The position numbers and the translations under genes are program-made. A stretch of 63,220 nucleotides of DNA, the filler included, from Lenisia limosa (Eukaryota; Protista; Breviatea), in NCBI GenBank assembly GCA_001655205.1. It is 18 parts of 18 records of this genome, joined end to end, with 100 filler letters (N's around TTAATTAATTAA, not from the genome) between each part and the next. Parts side by side here need not be neighbours in the genome. Positions count along the whole stretch, not along the records: positions 11,725 to 18,524 come from LPNZ01010581.1; positions 18,625 to 21,613 come from LPNZ01009428.1; positions 21,714 to 25,963 come from LPNZ01004311.1; positions 26,064 to 29,347 come from LPNZ01001934.1; 14 more parts are not named here. One strand, 5' to 3'. Under the pieces are notes generated by a model. The model made no database searches, was not told where the DNA came from, and saw only the letters and a list, made by a program, of their open reading frames with translations. Of the stretch, positions 13,577 to 26,066 are shown in pieces; positions within the stretch are counted from its first letter, which is position 1; each line of letters starts with the position of its first letter.

Positions 13577-16500
13577 CCAAATGGCACCACATTACAAATA
13601 CGAAACTGGTAAGTAACCTACTCGAACGTTATTCCTGCCACCCCCCCCCCCCAATGNNNNNNNNNNNNNNNNNNNNNNNNNNNNNNNNNNNNNNNNNNNN
13701 NNNNNNNNNNNNNNNNNNNNNNNNNNNNNNNNNNNNNNNNNNNNNNNCTGTCCCAATACGCTCTTTACTGCCATCGACTCTGCGTCTTCTGTCAGCAACT
13801 GCACTTGTGAGGCTGAAGCAGTGTTCGACAGTTTGTGGGCATTGTGTTATTCGAGTGTATCTTTTTGTCTGCAGTATATCACATATAATTTACAGCCTTT
13901 TTTTAGTTTCTTCTCTAATAATCACTAGTTAACTTTTCTTTCTGTTTTTCACCCCCCCCTTCATACCTTCACCCCTCTGCAGGTGCCCTGAGCCGCTGTA
14001 TCTGTGTGGGCGGAAAGTACCGACAATTGGACAGAGCAGTGTGTCGAATATGTCCACCAGGCTACTACTGCCCCGCCAACCAGGTGGGGAGGGTGATGCA
14101 ATGTGGTTCGTAAGTATCTTTTGATCATGTACTGTATTGAGCTACTAGGGCTGTTATTTTGACACTTTCGTATTCTTTTATCTCATGAAAGGTTTGTACA
14201 GTATTGAATAATCTATTGGGCCCTATGAAATCATAATCTGCACATCAGCGATTGGTTGGGTTTCTCATCTTCTCTCTAATATCATCCCAAAATGTACTTC
14301 TTTCGCCCAAATTTGACCCCCCCCCTCCCCCAGGCAAACGATGGATTTGTTCTCTGTCCCTCCAATACGAACAGTACTACTCCGGGACTTGTTTCAGCTG
14401 ACCAATGCCCCTGTGATAGTAACCATGTTGTATGTGGGGAGTGATGGTAACCATGTTGTATGGGGGGTTTTGTAATTATTCACGCCCCCCCCCCCCNNNN
14501 NNNNNNNNNNNNNNNNNNNNNNNNNNNNNNNNNNNNNNNNNNNNNNNNNNNNNNNNNNNNNNNNNNNNNNNNNNNNNNNNNNNNNNNNNNNNNNNNNNNN
14601 NNNNNNNNNNNNNNNNNNNNNNNNNNNNTGACTTGTGTGTCTGCGATTATGGGTAGGGGAGGGGAGAGGCTCATGATTCTGGTTTTTATTTTATTTATTA
14701 AATTCTGATTAATGTCTTTAAGGTTCGCATTCAATATTCCCGTTTTATTATCCCCTATACCTAGGTATACCAGAAACGAGACGTCGGGTCTCTGTGAGAG
14801 CTGCGAGATCGGCAGTTTTAAGGCTGTCCTCGACGATCGTAACGACAAGTACTGCAGCGAATGCCCGACTTATACAGTCTGTGGAACTTGCCTTATTTGG
14901 AACCTTTACTGAGTAATGCCTCTGTGTGACTGGTGGAAGTTGAATCACCATTAATTCATGGGGATTCAGCCAAGACTACTTCGAATCCTTCATTCCTGTC
15001 ACCAAATTACGCATTTAGACCACTGCTGGTCCAGCCTCTCGAAATGCGTCAGATTGTGTGTGCCGGCCTGGGTTCGGGTATTACACCGGGGGTGACAGTT
15101 GTGTCTGCGCGGCCGGATATGTTCTTCAGGATGATGGTGAGAGTGATGATAGCATATGGTATACTAGTACCAGACCAGCTAACAGCCTTCACGTATTAAG
15201 GCCATTTTGACATCTTTTAGAATGTGTGCAGTGTACAAATGGAACGTATTCCTCTGCGGGTGCCAAATTGGTTGGAGGGCTAGGGCGTTACATACTAAAG
15301 GGTGCCAAATTGGTTGGAGGGCTAGCGTTACATACCAAATACAGTGGAATACCTAGTCTGGGAATTCTTGGCACTCGTATCATGTTTATTTGGAGGAGAT
15401 AATCAACAAGATTCCAGCAAATCTTAATTGCCTCACCCCCCCCCCAGTTCTGCTCCAGCTGTCCCCTGTACATGGACTCCCCAGCCGGTGCCACGGATGC
15501 AGCAAACTGCTCCTGCAAGGCGTCTTTCCTTGAGGACGCTGAGGGTGATTGCCTCTGTCCTGCTGGCAGCTATTTGACTGCCGACCTGGATTGCGATGTG
15601 AGGGGTACACCACATAGTGCTGTAAATCTGAAAATGTCTATAGTATAACATAATAAGGATGAAATAAAACAAGGTGGCATCTGACTGAAACCATCTATAC
15701 TTTTCTTGCCTAGGAGAAGCCCCAGGATATGGTATCATAGTTTATGATATGTTAGATTTTGTTGAGTTCTTTGTTCAAGAGCATTAACAACGGATGATAC
15801 ACTGAGGTCCATTTAGGATCCCCTTTCCCCCTCCTATCACTATACAGAGCTGTCCGATTGGCTACACAACCGCATCCTCCAACCTCGAGAGGGAATGTGC
15901 ATGTGGCAAGGGGTGGGTGGGGCAAGGATTTCAAAGCCGGTAATTCTGCTGTTATCTTTCAGAAATACGAGAAATACCCCTTTCACCTTCCAGATATGGT
16001 GCTGTTTACTATGACGGTTCACGGGTCTGTGAAGCTTGTCCCCTGGGGTCCTACAAAACAGACATCTCAAATGCCGAGTGTACGGCCTGTGACGGCTTTG
16101 CGGTGAGTGGATAAGGTGCGGGATTTCGTTTCAGGAAACGAGCAATGCTGTGGTGGAAAGAAATTTTGATAATTTTCTCCTTTTGATATGACATATTTAT
16201 TTTGCATTTGTGATAGTTTTTTCATTTATATGCTCTCTCAATGAATGATATTTCAGATATTGAAGTACGCATTGTTATGCAGTAGTTTTCTCTCTTTCTC
16301 CCTTCTGTTGTTCGTTTTTATGTTCTTCCCAGGTCCCTCACCTGTTTGAAATGTTGTCATCTCTCCTTTGAAATGAATGATTGTATTTCACACACCCCAG
16401 ACCACCGCCTCGAACGCCAGTATGTCCCTTGATGACTGTATCTGTTTGGCAACGTTCCTATCAACTGAAGACGCTGCTAACCCTTGTCAGTGCACGACTG

Positions 16501-18371
16501 GTTTCGAGCTAACTGGTAGGGTGTTAAGTGGCAGTGGACAATATATGAACACTATTCACTGACAATACGAAACTTTTTTGATATTTTTTTTTTCAATGAA
16601 AGAGTGAGATGTGGTTGGAGGAAATCTGTTTTTTTTTGTCTAGTAGTGTTGTTCTGAGTCAAGTGTTATTATCTTAGGAGCGGAATGCACGAAATGTGGA
16701 GCTTCAACTTACAAAGATAGCATTAGTAACACTGTAAGCTTGGCCGCTGCCTTTTTTATGTTGGAAGTTTGTTGCAACTCAATCAAACCAATACTGTTCT
16801 TTTTGGAAGAAATCAAGCTTGTTGAGCTTGTTGTGGCGTTAACATGTCAGGAGTCTTGTCAAGATTGCCCGTTGTACATGACATCAGCAGCACAGTCAAC
16901 GCATCTTGATAACTGCACGTGCACCGAGGAGTTTGTTCTTGTTGCTGGAGTATGAGGGGTTCACTTGACGGGGTGATACTGGGTAATGTACTGTATTTAT
17001 CCTAAATAGTTCACATAAAAATGGGGGTCAATGCTTCGAAATGAGGCATAATATTGATCATTAATAATAGTGTTTGACATTCAAAGAACAAATGAGTATG
17101 AGGGGGCGTTCTTCAGCATTATTTCTTCTAATCTTTGTAGGAAGCTGGAGGGGAGGATACCTGTAAATGTCCAGATAATTTGTACTTCAAGAACACTGGA
17201 GTGGTTGATGACCCAGTATGCCAGGGGGAAATGGTGAATACCGTTCATTTGGCTACATGAGTGATCTTTTACCCCCCCCCCCCCNNNNNNNNNNNNNNNN
17301 NNNNNNNNNNNNNNNNNNNNNNNNNNNNNNNNNNNNNNNNNNNNNNNNNNNNNNNNNNNNNNNNNNNNNNNNNNNNNNNNNCTCAATGGAGCTACTTCGT
17401 GTCTCTGCGTCCCTGGGTTGGGCTCGTTTTCTTTTAAACAACTCAATTTAATGACAGCTTATCGATAACTCAATTTAATGACAGCTTATCGACAAACAAA
17501 ATGATTATTTTTATTAAGTGTTGAATCGCAATGGACTATTTGTCTGACCAACTCAGGCATTATCTGTCCTTCGTTCTTGATGTTTATGCTTGTGAACCAT
17601 GCCCGATTGGAAGGTACAAGTATGTGGGGGAGGGGTAATTATGCTTTGCTTTAAAATGATTTTTTTTTTTATTATTTGTTTGTAAATTGTCCATTTTTAC
17701 CCTCCCCTCAGCCCCATCAACGGTCACGCTGCATGCTCCTCTTGCCCCGACCGAATGACCACATCATCGACGACGTCGACATCCATGGATGACTGTGTGT
17801 GTAACAGCGGTTTCACTGAANNNNNNNNNNNNNNNNNNNNNNNNNNNNNNNNNNNNNNNNNNNNNNNNNNNNNNNNNNNNNNNNNNNNNNNNNNNNNNNN
17901 NNNNNNNNNNNNNNNNTTGTGTGCTCTATTGGAGAGAAAAACGAGTGTAAAACTGTCCACAATTATCTCTCATTACCCCCCCCCCTCCACTTATAACATA
18001 ATCATTGGATACGAGAACCATACGACAGTCACAGCATATCTTGTCCACTGTTATGCCACCACACACCATTTCACGGTCCCAGGTTAGTACGAGTGATGGC
18101 GGTCGGGAATGTTTGTGTCCGAAGGGACAGTTCTACAGTGTCACTCGTAATGAGGTGTGTGGGTTGCTTCATTAGGAGAGGTTGCCATTGGGATGCGTCG
18201 TATCGTTCTTTTTGATGAGTTCGTTGACAATTGCTTGTGTACTTTGATGTTATATCTTTTTTTCACAGTATAAATTACACTTTCTCATTCCCATTGTAGT
18301 GCAATCTCTGCCCTAGGTCTCACTACAAATCCACCATCTCCAACGAAGAGTCTTGTGAAGAGTGCCACCCG
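13577..18371 (+). CDS. Cys-rich repeat (GCC2/GCC3, ephrin-receptor-like / TNFR-like) surface protein fragment, many exons
   Basis: Repeated modules such as CRICPPGYYCP, CESCEIGSFKAVLDD..CSECP, CSSCPLYMDSPAGATDAANCSCKASF..CLCPAGSY, CEACPLGSYKTDISNAECTAC, CQDCPLYMTSAAQSTHLDNCTC. Confidence 0.8.
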
Positions 18372-19639
18372 GTGAGCTTCCTGAGCAACTATGGGCATTA
18401 TCAAATCACTGGCTGGCTTTAATTTATTAACATAGCTTCATATTACTGGGTGACTTTATCTTCTGTTTAAACAAATGCAGTTTTGGCCAGATCTTTCTCT
18501 TTTGCTTCATCACCCCAAGAGAGANNNNNNNNNNNNNNNNNNNNNNNNNNNNNNNNNNNNNNNNNNNNTTAATTAATTAANNNNNNNNNNNNNNNNNNNN
18601 NNNNNNNNNNNNNNNNNNNNNNNNATGGTGGACATAGCCGCGTGGCCCGAGCCGGCGGCTGCGGATCTCTCGTCACGTGACTCCTCGTCGCTCTTCAGGC
18701 CGATGCCAAGGTCGGGATTGGAGTGTTAAACAACGGGTTCACGACAAGCCTTCTTCTGTATTACAACCTGGAGTTCTATTTCGTCCACTTGACTTCTCAT
18801 AGGCGAACTTTTGATGAGCTGCATACGTCCTTCCCGCTCCCTTGTTGAGCAAGACTGTCTAGTTTGTTTTGTTTCCTGTACATTAGTGCTTCTTTAGGTC
18901 AGAGGGCGTCCGAATAGATGGCGAGAACTTCCAACTTATTTGATTTCCTGGGGTGTTGATGTTTACAGTGACTCGTTGTCACAATCCCCTCAGCTGCCCC
19001 TCAATGGCTTTTGGATTGTGCGCAAAAAAGAGGCAGCAAGCCTTGGGGGGGGGGGGGTCCCAANNNNNNNNNNNNNNNNNNNNNNNNNNNNNNNNNNNNN
19101 NNNNNNNNNNNNNNNNNNNNNNNNNNNNNNNNNNNNNNNNNNNNNNNNNNNNNNNNNNNNNNNNNNNNNNNGCAATCAAGCATTGATCAAGCAAAACGCA
19201 AAAACACAAGAAAACAACGCAAGCACAGGTGCAGGTGCAGTTCATCCCCCCGCCTCCGCAACGTTACTTCCTTCCCTTTCTCCTTCACCCATCNNNNNNN
19301 NNNNNNNNNNNNNNNNNNNNNNNNNNNNNNNNNNNNNNNNNNNNNNNNNNNNNNNNNNNNNNNNNNNNNNNNNNNNNNNNNNNNNNNNNNNNNNNNNNNN
19401 NNNNNNNNNNNNNNNNNNNNNNNNNNNNNNNNNNNNNNNNNNNNNNNNNNNNNNNNNNNNNNNNNNNNNNNNNNNNNNNNNNNNNNNNNNNNNNNNNNNN
19501 NNNNNNNNNNNNNNNNNNNNNNNNNNNATTTTGTTATCTTTTTGTCCCAGACTCTCATTTTTGGCTGAAATATATAATTCATCACCAACCGATATTTATA
19601 TAATAATACTACAGCCAATATTGCCTGCTTTCCCTGAAA

Positions 19640-20730
19640 TCGGATAAAGCCGTTGCTTCCGATTATTCCGTTTCACCTCCCCAGTCGTACGGTCAACACA
19701 CCCAGTCTTCAAGGTTGGTACTCGAGATTTAACATGACACTTGCATACATAACACATATCATATGCTATGCAATAATAGCTTACACGCCAAAAGTTGTCA
19801 GGAACGGAAGGGAACAACCACTACCTTTGAATATATAGGATATGCATCATCGTATATTTATTTAAAAAAATGATAATAATAATATCCCTGGATGTATGAT
19901 ATAACAATCACCCAAGGCTCTTGTTGCCCCACGAATATAAAAAATATGCGGTGCAGTTGGTTGGGTAACACCAAATCCTCCTATCTTCAAAATTCCTTTT
20001 CATTGAAGGTATTTCTAGATCAAAATGAAGCTATCAAGTTCATTGTTCAAAAAGACAAACCAGAGGATAACACTATTGGCGTTTTTCTTGGCATAAACCC
20101 AACTAATTTGCCTCTGAAAGTTTGGATTCAGTATTATTGTTCGCACTGATATTTCTCACCCTGCCAAGAGTCCTTCTCGGCTCGCCCTTCATCCAAAACG
20201 AACTCCTCAGAGAATTTTCAGACGTGAGAGTCAAACCTAACCTACGTCCTTTGTGTGACCGAATCAGCTTTGCTGTTTTAATATTAATAAGAAGAGACTA
20301 CCTAATGTTTCTAAATACCAAACTCTTGATTTAATCTGTAGCTCCGTGCACCCCCATGCTCCAGCTGGGAACCCGGGCAAGGCCTCGACCCTAAATGCGT
20401 AGGCTTGGAGGGGTCATTTCAACGTCTTATTTGGACATGGGACAACATTTTGGGGGCAAAAAAAAAAATACTTGTATGATGCACCTCTCACTCTTAGAAA
20501 TGCCTCAAGACGTGCCATGACAGTGTATGGCTGCTCCCTCCAACCCCCGCAGTCATCGCGAGTTCGTCATTTTCGACAATGCGCAGGTTTGGATGATTGG
20601 TTTATTCTGTCTCCAGGGCTTGTGTTTTTTACAAGAACATTTGACGAGCTGGTTTTTGCTTCTCTGTTCTATTACACTTTGTTCATGTTTTAGGCGTATC
20701 CCAGAGTTTCACACGTCTTCGCTAAAAGTA
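19640..20730 (+). CDS. Unassigned multi-exon coding fragment, possibly ending in a PARP/ART-like catalytic C-terminus
   Basis: Exons bounded by AG/GT including HREFVIFDNAQ|AYP, reminiscent of the PARP EYVIY..Q.YP motif; frames not verified. Confidence 0.3.
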
Positions 20731-20979
20731 AGGTTTGGCTGTAAGAACTGTTAATTTACTGTGTTTCTGATGTTTTCCTATGTATGTGGATAAGAGGAAA
20801 TGCTATGATGTCTCTCATATTAGCCAACACTCATGATACCCCTTAAAATTATACATTGGAGGGCTAGTCCCACATATCACCTTCATCGTCATTGTCACGT
20901 NNNNNNNNNNNNNNNNNNNNNNNNNNNNNNNNNNNNNNNNNNNNNNNNNNNNNNNNNNNNNNNNNNNNNNNAATATTAA

Positions 20980-21505
20980 CAGTACCAAGGCAGCGTTAAT
21001 TCGGACAATATCCCTTCTAAGGGTTCCTTTTCTTTCGAAAAGCCAACATAACAGCCTTCCCCCACCGGCTTGGTGTCCTTATGCCTCTTGCTTCTTAGCG
21101 ACTGCACCTGTTGTCTGTGCGCTACACGGGGTAAAAAGGACAAGCGTAAGAAACGCACAGCCCTCCTCCAGAAACAAATGCCAACCTGGTCGCTCCCTCT
21201 TCTTAGTTTCCCTCATGGGCGGTTCAAAGTCTCTCAAGGGGGCTTCCCGCATAGGGGGCTCGAAAGATGTGGTGTTCACGTGCTTTGGAGGGAGAGCAGT
21301 TTTCTTCGCTGAAGTGGTTATTATCAGCAATTGGCAAAAAGAAAAAAGAAAAAAAAAAAAAAAGAGAACAAAAGGGCTTGAAAGATGAGCTAGAAGACAC
21401 CTCTTTACCCCCCCTCCCCCCACAAATAGCAGGTGCAGACTCCTGGTAGAGGAGCTCATCTTCAGATTCGGGCTCGGAGGGGGGCTGTGGGAACACTCCG
21501 CCGGC
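20980..21505 (-). CDS. Unassigned coding exons (Pro/charged-rich)
   Basis: Splice-bounded segments AGGVFPQPPSEPESEDELLYQESAPAI and AKKTALPPKHVNTTSFEPPMREAPLRDFEPPMRETKKRER. Confidence 0.4.
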
Positions 21506-21972
21506 TGAGGGGGTCAAGATGAAATTAGTGAGAAAAAGCACACACACACAATATATTATATACACACATCACACCCATGCACACATCACACCCATGCACA
21601 CATCACACCCATGNNNNNNNNNNNNNNNNNNNNNNNNNNNNNNNNNNNNNNNNNNNNTTAATTAATTAANNNNNNNNNNNNNNNNNNNNNNNNNNNNNNN
21701 NNNNNNNNNNNNNAATAATTTTCGAAGAGGCAATGAATGGAAAATTTCAGAGACTAATTTTGAACTGAACTGCTTGGTCACCCAATTGCCTTTTAGCCTT
21801 TTTGAAGAAAACCGTCTTTTAAAGTTAATAAAGAAGTTTTTTTACAACATTGTTATTGATGTGTCCTTCATTTAGCATTACTACACAAGAACAAAGCCCT
21901 TGAATACAAAGATTAATTTCTTTCATTCAACCACTCATTTAACCTCTCTAAATTAGTCAACAGGAACCAAAA

Positions 21973-24900
21973 ATGACCCACTATCCCGGAAATGTGGTTC
22001 TAATCCCAGTATGGTGAGTTTTTCTCAGAGTGCATTTGAGCGTGTGGGGATCTTTGCCAATACACTTACTTCTGATGACCCACGTGTTGCGATTAGACTG
22101 TCAGTTCTACCCAAGAGTTGCCCTAGTTCCTGGTGTGACCGATTCTGACAAACCTCTGAAGCGGAAGCATTTGGAAAGCATTGTTCTCAACGACACTGAC
22201 ACCCCTTCCAGAAAGATTGTCTGTACATACAAGGAAGGCACTACACAAGGAGACAGTAGCAAAACTGCTGATTTACTGAATATTGCGCAATTACTTACTG
22301 CTCGTGAGTAAGGTCTACAAGATGCGGAAGCCACACGGTCTTCTACCTTGGCACAACAGCCCGTTGGTTTCTGATAAATTTTGGCAGACAACCATCCCCT
22401 GTACTTGGCCCTGGTCGAACTTCAATTGTGTTGTCGAGACTGCAGAGGATTTTGACAAACGCCGTCTTGAAGTTGCAGCTGAAATTGCAAAGGCGCGTAG
22501 ATAAGAGAAAGCCAGGATGGATGGAGAAGGAAAAGAATGATGAAGGACGCGGACGTGCCTGCTGTGTCTAATTTTGTGTTGTTTCTGAGTATGACTTGAT
22601 AGATTTGAAAGGACAAAATTGCTTCTTTTTTTTTTATGCATATCTCTAAATTCAGCTCTTCTGTGATCGCACTCATACTGGTGATCGCACTCATACTTGC
22701 GATCGCACTCAGACTGGGACTTATGTATATTACATATTACCCCCGCCGGTTAATTTTGCTGCCTTACAAAACGGTGATTGAAGTATACCTGCTTTGTAAC
22801 CAGATAACCTCTGCAGGTACGCTGGAGTGATGGGATGCAGTGATGCAGAAGCGACTGGCTGGGCTTTGTTTTTTTTTTTGTTTTGTTTTTTTTGATGTTA
22901 TTAACCCTGAGTTGATTTTGGGCTTTTTTTGTTTCATAAATATACATTTTAATCCCCCCTCGCAGCCTACACGAAGCTTGTGAATCTGTTGAAAGACATT
23001 TGCCAAGACGACGCGTTCGTTGTATCGGACGAGCTGTGGAGCAAAATCAGAGAGGTCCTGTTGATGTCACATTATGGTCCTCTGTAAATCAAGTTGCTCC
23101 CACCCTAACCCCACCAAAATAATATTCTTTTACTATCATGCATAAACAATGATCTCTGTTCCATGTCTTGACATTTGTAGGTTGATGATGTGATCCAAAC
23201 AAATGCGGCGTCGTTGCTGTTGGAACACCTCCTGATGTCCAGCTGGTAGGCGAACAGAGTAATTCTTGAACCCTAACCTCCCTGCTAGCTCTGTGCGTAC
23301 CCAAGAAAAGGTATCGGATGCAGTGAAGGATTCTTACTCAACGGAGAGCCTTGTCAGTACAATATCGGGACTGATCACACAAGGCCTGGCTTCGGTATGC
23401 CATTGGTCATGCTAGGGTTGATGTGACTGATATTTCTGTTGGCAGATGATGAACTTTCACAATTATTTGAATGCAAAGCCACACAAATGATACTATGTGA
23501 TCCCTTGGTTAATTCAGTAGAAAATCGAATCTGCGGTTGGCGGTTTAATTGAAGCCTCAAATATCCTGGTGAATCGAATCACCGAAGACGCCCATCCGCA
23601 TCGAAAGGTGATTACTCATCGGATATTATAAGTGCATTGTCTGTTGACTCTTTAGGCGGACGAGATTCTGTCGCATGCAAATGAAGGACTTGGTGAGTGT
23701 TTTGAGGCTCTTCCATTTACCACTCTTCACTCACAATTTAGCTGACATATCAAACGCTTATTTGGATGTCATTGCGGAAGAGGTTGACAGTTTCTTCACA
23801 GCCAAGTTCAAAGAGTGGGTATTCGTGCGCATTTGTTGTATTACTTGCTGACTGCTTAGGTCTGAGAGTCTCACATTCATTGAGTCCTTTATCAACCCCC
23901 TTGTAAATGCCTTCCCAAATGATGGTTTGGTACGGGTTCTTTGACCATGAAACGTCTCCTTTCTTCATCATAATCCTACGTAGTTGGCATTTGGACAACT
24001 GGCCGTGTGTTCAGTCGCCACCATGCGGCAAGACTACTCACCCACTTCTGGGATATCATGGATTCTGCCTTCGCTCCAAGCAAGAAAAACAGCGTATGTG
24101 GAAGAACCATGATGTAATCCTGGTGTCTTATTTTTGATGCTACTTTTACTTATCGGTCACTTCCACCCCCGCAACCAAAACAGGTTTGATCTTTTAGTTA
24201 AGTCGACGTATTCTATCCAAAATGAGCCTGCGAGCCTTAGAGGCCTTGAATGTTCCCCAGGAGGTTCGTGTTTTTTGTAGTGATCTTGTTACATTTCAGG
24301 TATGCCAGTCGATATCCAAAGTTGTCAATCTTCGCCTTCCAACCCGATCTTGCAGCCTTACTTTGCGTAGGTCTAACTTGTTACCTTACCTCTTACTTAC
24401 GCAACGGATGGCTGATTTGACCATATTGCTGTGTTTGGGAGCAGTTGACCTTGTAGAGTTCCTTATAAGGCAGCTTGCGTCTTACTTCGAACATTCCCTC
24501 ATTAAAAACTCCCTCATCTTTGATATTGTCAGTTCCAGACAAAATGTAGGTGGAGGTCCTATGACAACTCTGACCCTGCAGTTCACTCCAGGAGTGATGC
24601 TGACATTCATCAGTAAACAGCTTCTCACCAGTGACATCATGCCAGGTGTGTCTGATGGAATGCAATGCATGCAAGCTTTGCTATTTGGAGACTATGGGGC
24701 ATGCTCCTTATTAATATGATCTGACCCCTTAGGACTGGTCAACGAAGTGCTAGGTATTACCATGAACCCTAGGGCCCCTCTACTAAAGTGCGGAATTGCG
24801 TTGATTTTGTTCAGTTATACTATTCCATTGATAATGTGCTACAGCTGTCTACCTTTGCTCTAACGACAAATGATATATTATATTACATACATACATATTA

Positions 24901-25800
24901 GATATAATCTTCCATTTCCCTTCTCCATTACCGTCTCAGGCGTTTTGCTCTCAAGCAGTCGCTTCCGCCAAAGAAGGTTAGACCATTTTTGACTGCCACT
25001 TGTCCGATTATTTTTGATAAAATGATAGGATCAGGTGGTTATATCTTTACGGTTTTCACAATATGGATAGAGAAAATGACCAGGACTCCAGGTTGAGGCC
25101 AAGGTTAGAGCCCTTCTGCAGGATGCGCTCCACGTTACTAAAGTCGGAATGTGGTTACTCAAATCTCAGAACTCAACAATCTCCTCGGTAGGCTTCTATC
25201 TTGCAATTTATTTGGTATGACCATTGGCTATTGACTCTCCAGTGTCTCGTTCAGAAGCAACACCATACCAAGTGCATTGAGGCCATTTCGACAGTTGTGA
25301 CAGCTTACATTCCTCTTCTTGTACAGGCTATTCCCGAGGACTCTTTCGAATCTATCAAAGAGGTGGGCGGGCCATTGAGTCGGTTAACTTAGGCTGTAAA
25401 TGTAGCCAACAGAGACTTGTTGTTTGTTTCATAAATTGTCCATTGTGACCTCCCGCCAGTCTGGGCGCCATCAATTTTTGCAGTTTTTTGAGTCGCTCTG
25501 CCGACCAATATCCGATGTAGTGAGTCAAAGGATTTTTCAAGCAAGAGTTGTTACGTGCTGCTGCTCTGACCTTTCAGTGTGCAGACCACATTGCACACAA
25601 TGTCATCAAAGCTCTTGTCGACATCCCAAGTTGGCTTGGCATTCTTATCATGGACAGTCTTCCCTCATGAAATTTTCTCATCATGGACAGTCTTCCTTCT
25701 GATTCTCACATCTGAGGTACTAATGCTCGCATTGTGGAGGGGCATGTGATGGAAGCGTCTATTGGACGTTCTCTCGCACACACACTGTCCCTGGTCCTCC
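21973..25800 (+). CDS. Large multi-exon, mostly alpha-helical protein of unknown identity
   Basis: Chain of splice-bounded exons, e.g. YTKLVNLLKDICQDDAFVVSDELWSKIRE, VDDVIQTNAASLLLEHLLMSS, LTFIESFINPLVNAFPND, AVDLVEFLIRQLASYFEH; no diagnostic motif recognised. Confidence 0.5.
22817..22965 (+). mobile_element. Intronic repeat family B (introner-like), complete copy spanning GT to AG; about 17 full or partial copies in the window
   Basis: Consensus GTACGCTGGAGTG..GGGATGC.GTG.TGCAGAAGCGACTGGCCTGGGCTTTG..TTATCAACCCTC..CAGCCAACAGAGTTGATTTTGGGCTTT..TTTCATAAATTTTCC..TTTACCCCCC..AG. Other copies near 883-975(-), 9009, 9570, 25401, 27410, 28285, 35545, 36425, 36949(-), 37978, 39153, 41305, 42976(-), 44745, 47841, 48885(-). 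Confidence 0.85.
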
Positions 25801-26066
25801 AGACGCACGCCCTGAACATTGACCATGTCACTGTGTTTATTGAACTTTCTGAACAGATTGGCAAGGTGTGATGTGTGACAGTGATACTGATGAGATTTCA
25901 TTTATAGAGACTAACTTATATATTTGATGCTGAAGAAGGCTAACGAGTTGACCCCCCCCCCCCNNNNNNNNNNNNNNNNNNNNNNNNNNNNNNNNNNNNN
26001 NNNNNNNTTAATTAATTAANNNNNNNNNNNNNNNNNNNNNNNNNNNNNNNNNNNNNNNNNNNNCTA

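Noticed and set aside
21973-25800. Assignment as exocyst Sec5/EXOC2
   Set aside because: Only a faint resemblance (LEALNVPQE versus LTALEIPND); insufficient for a name.
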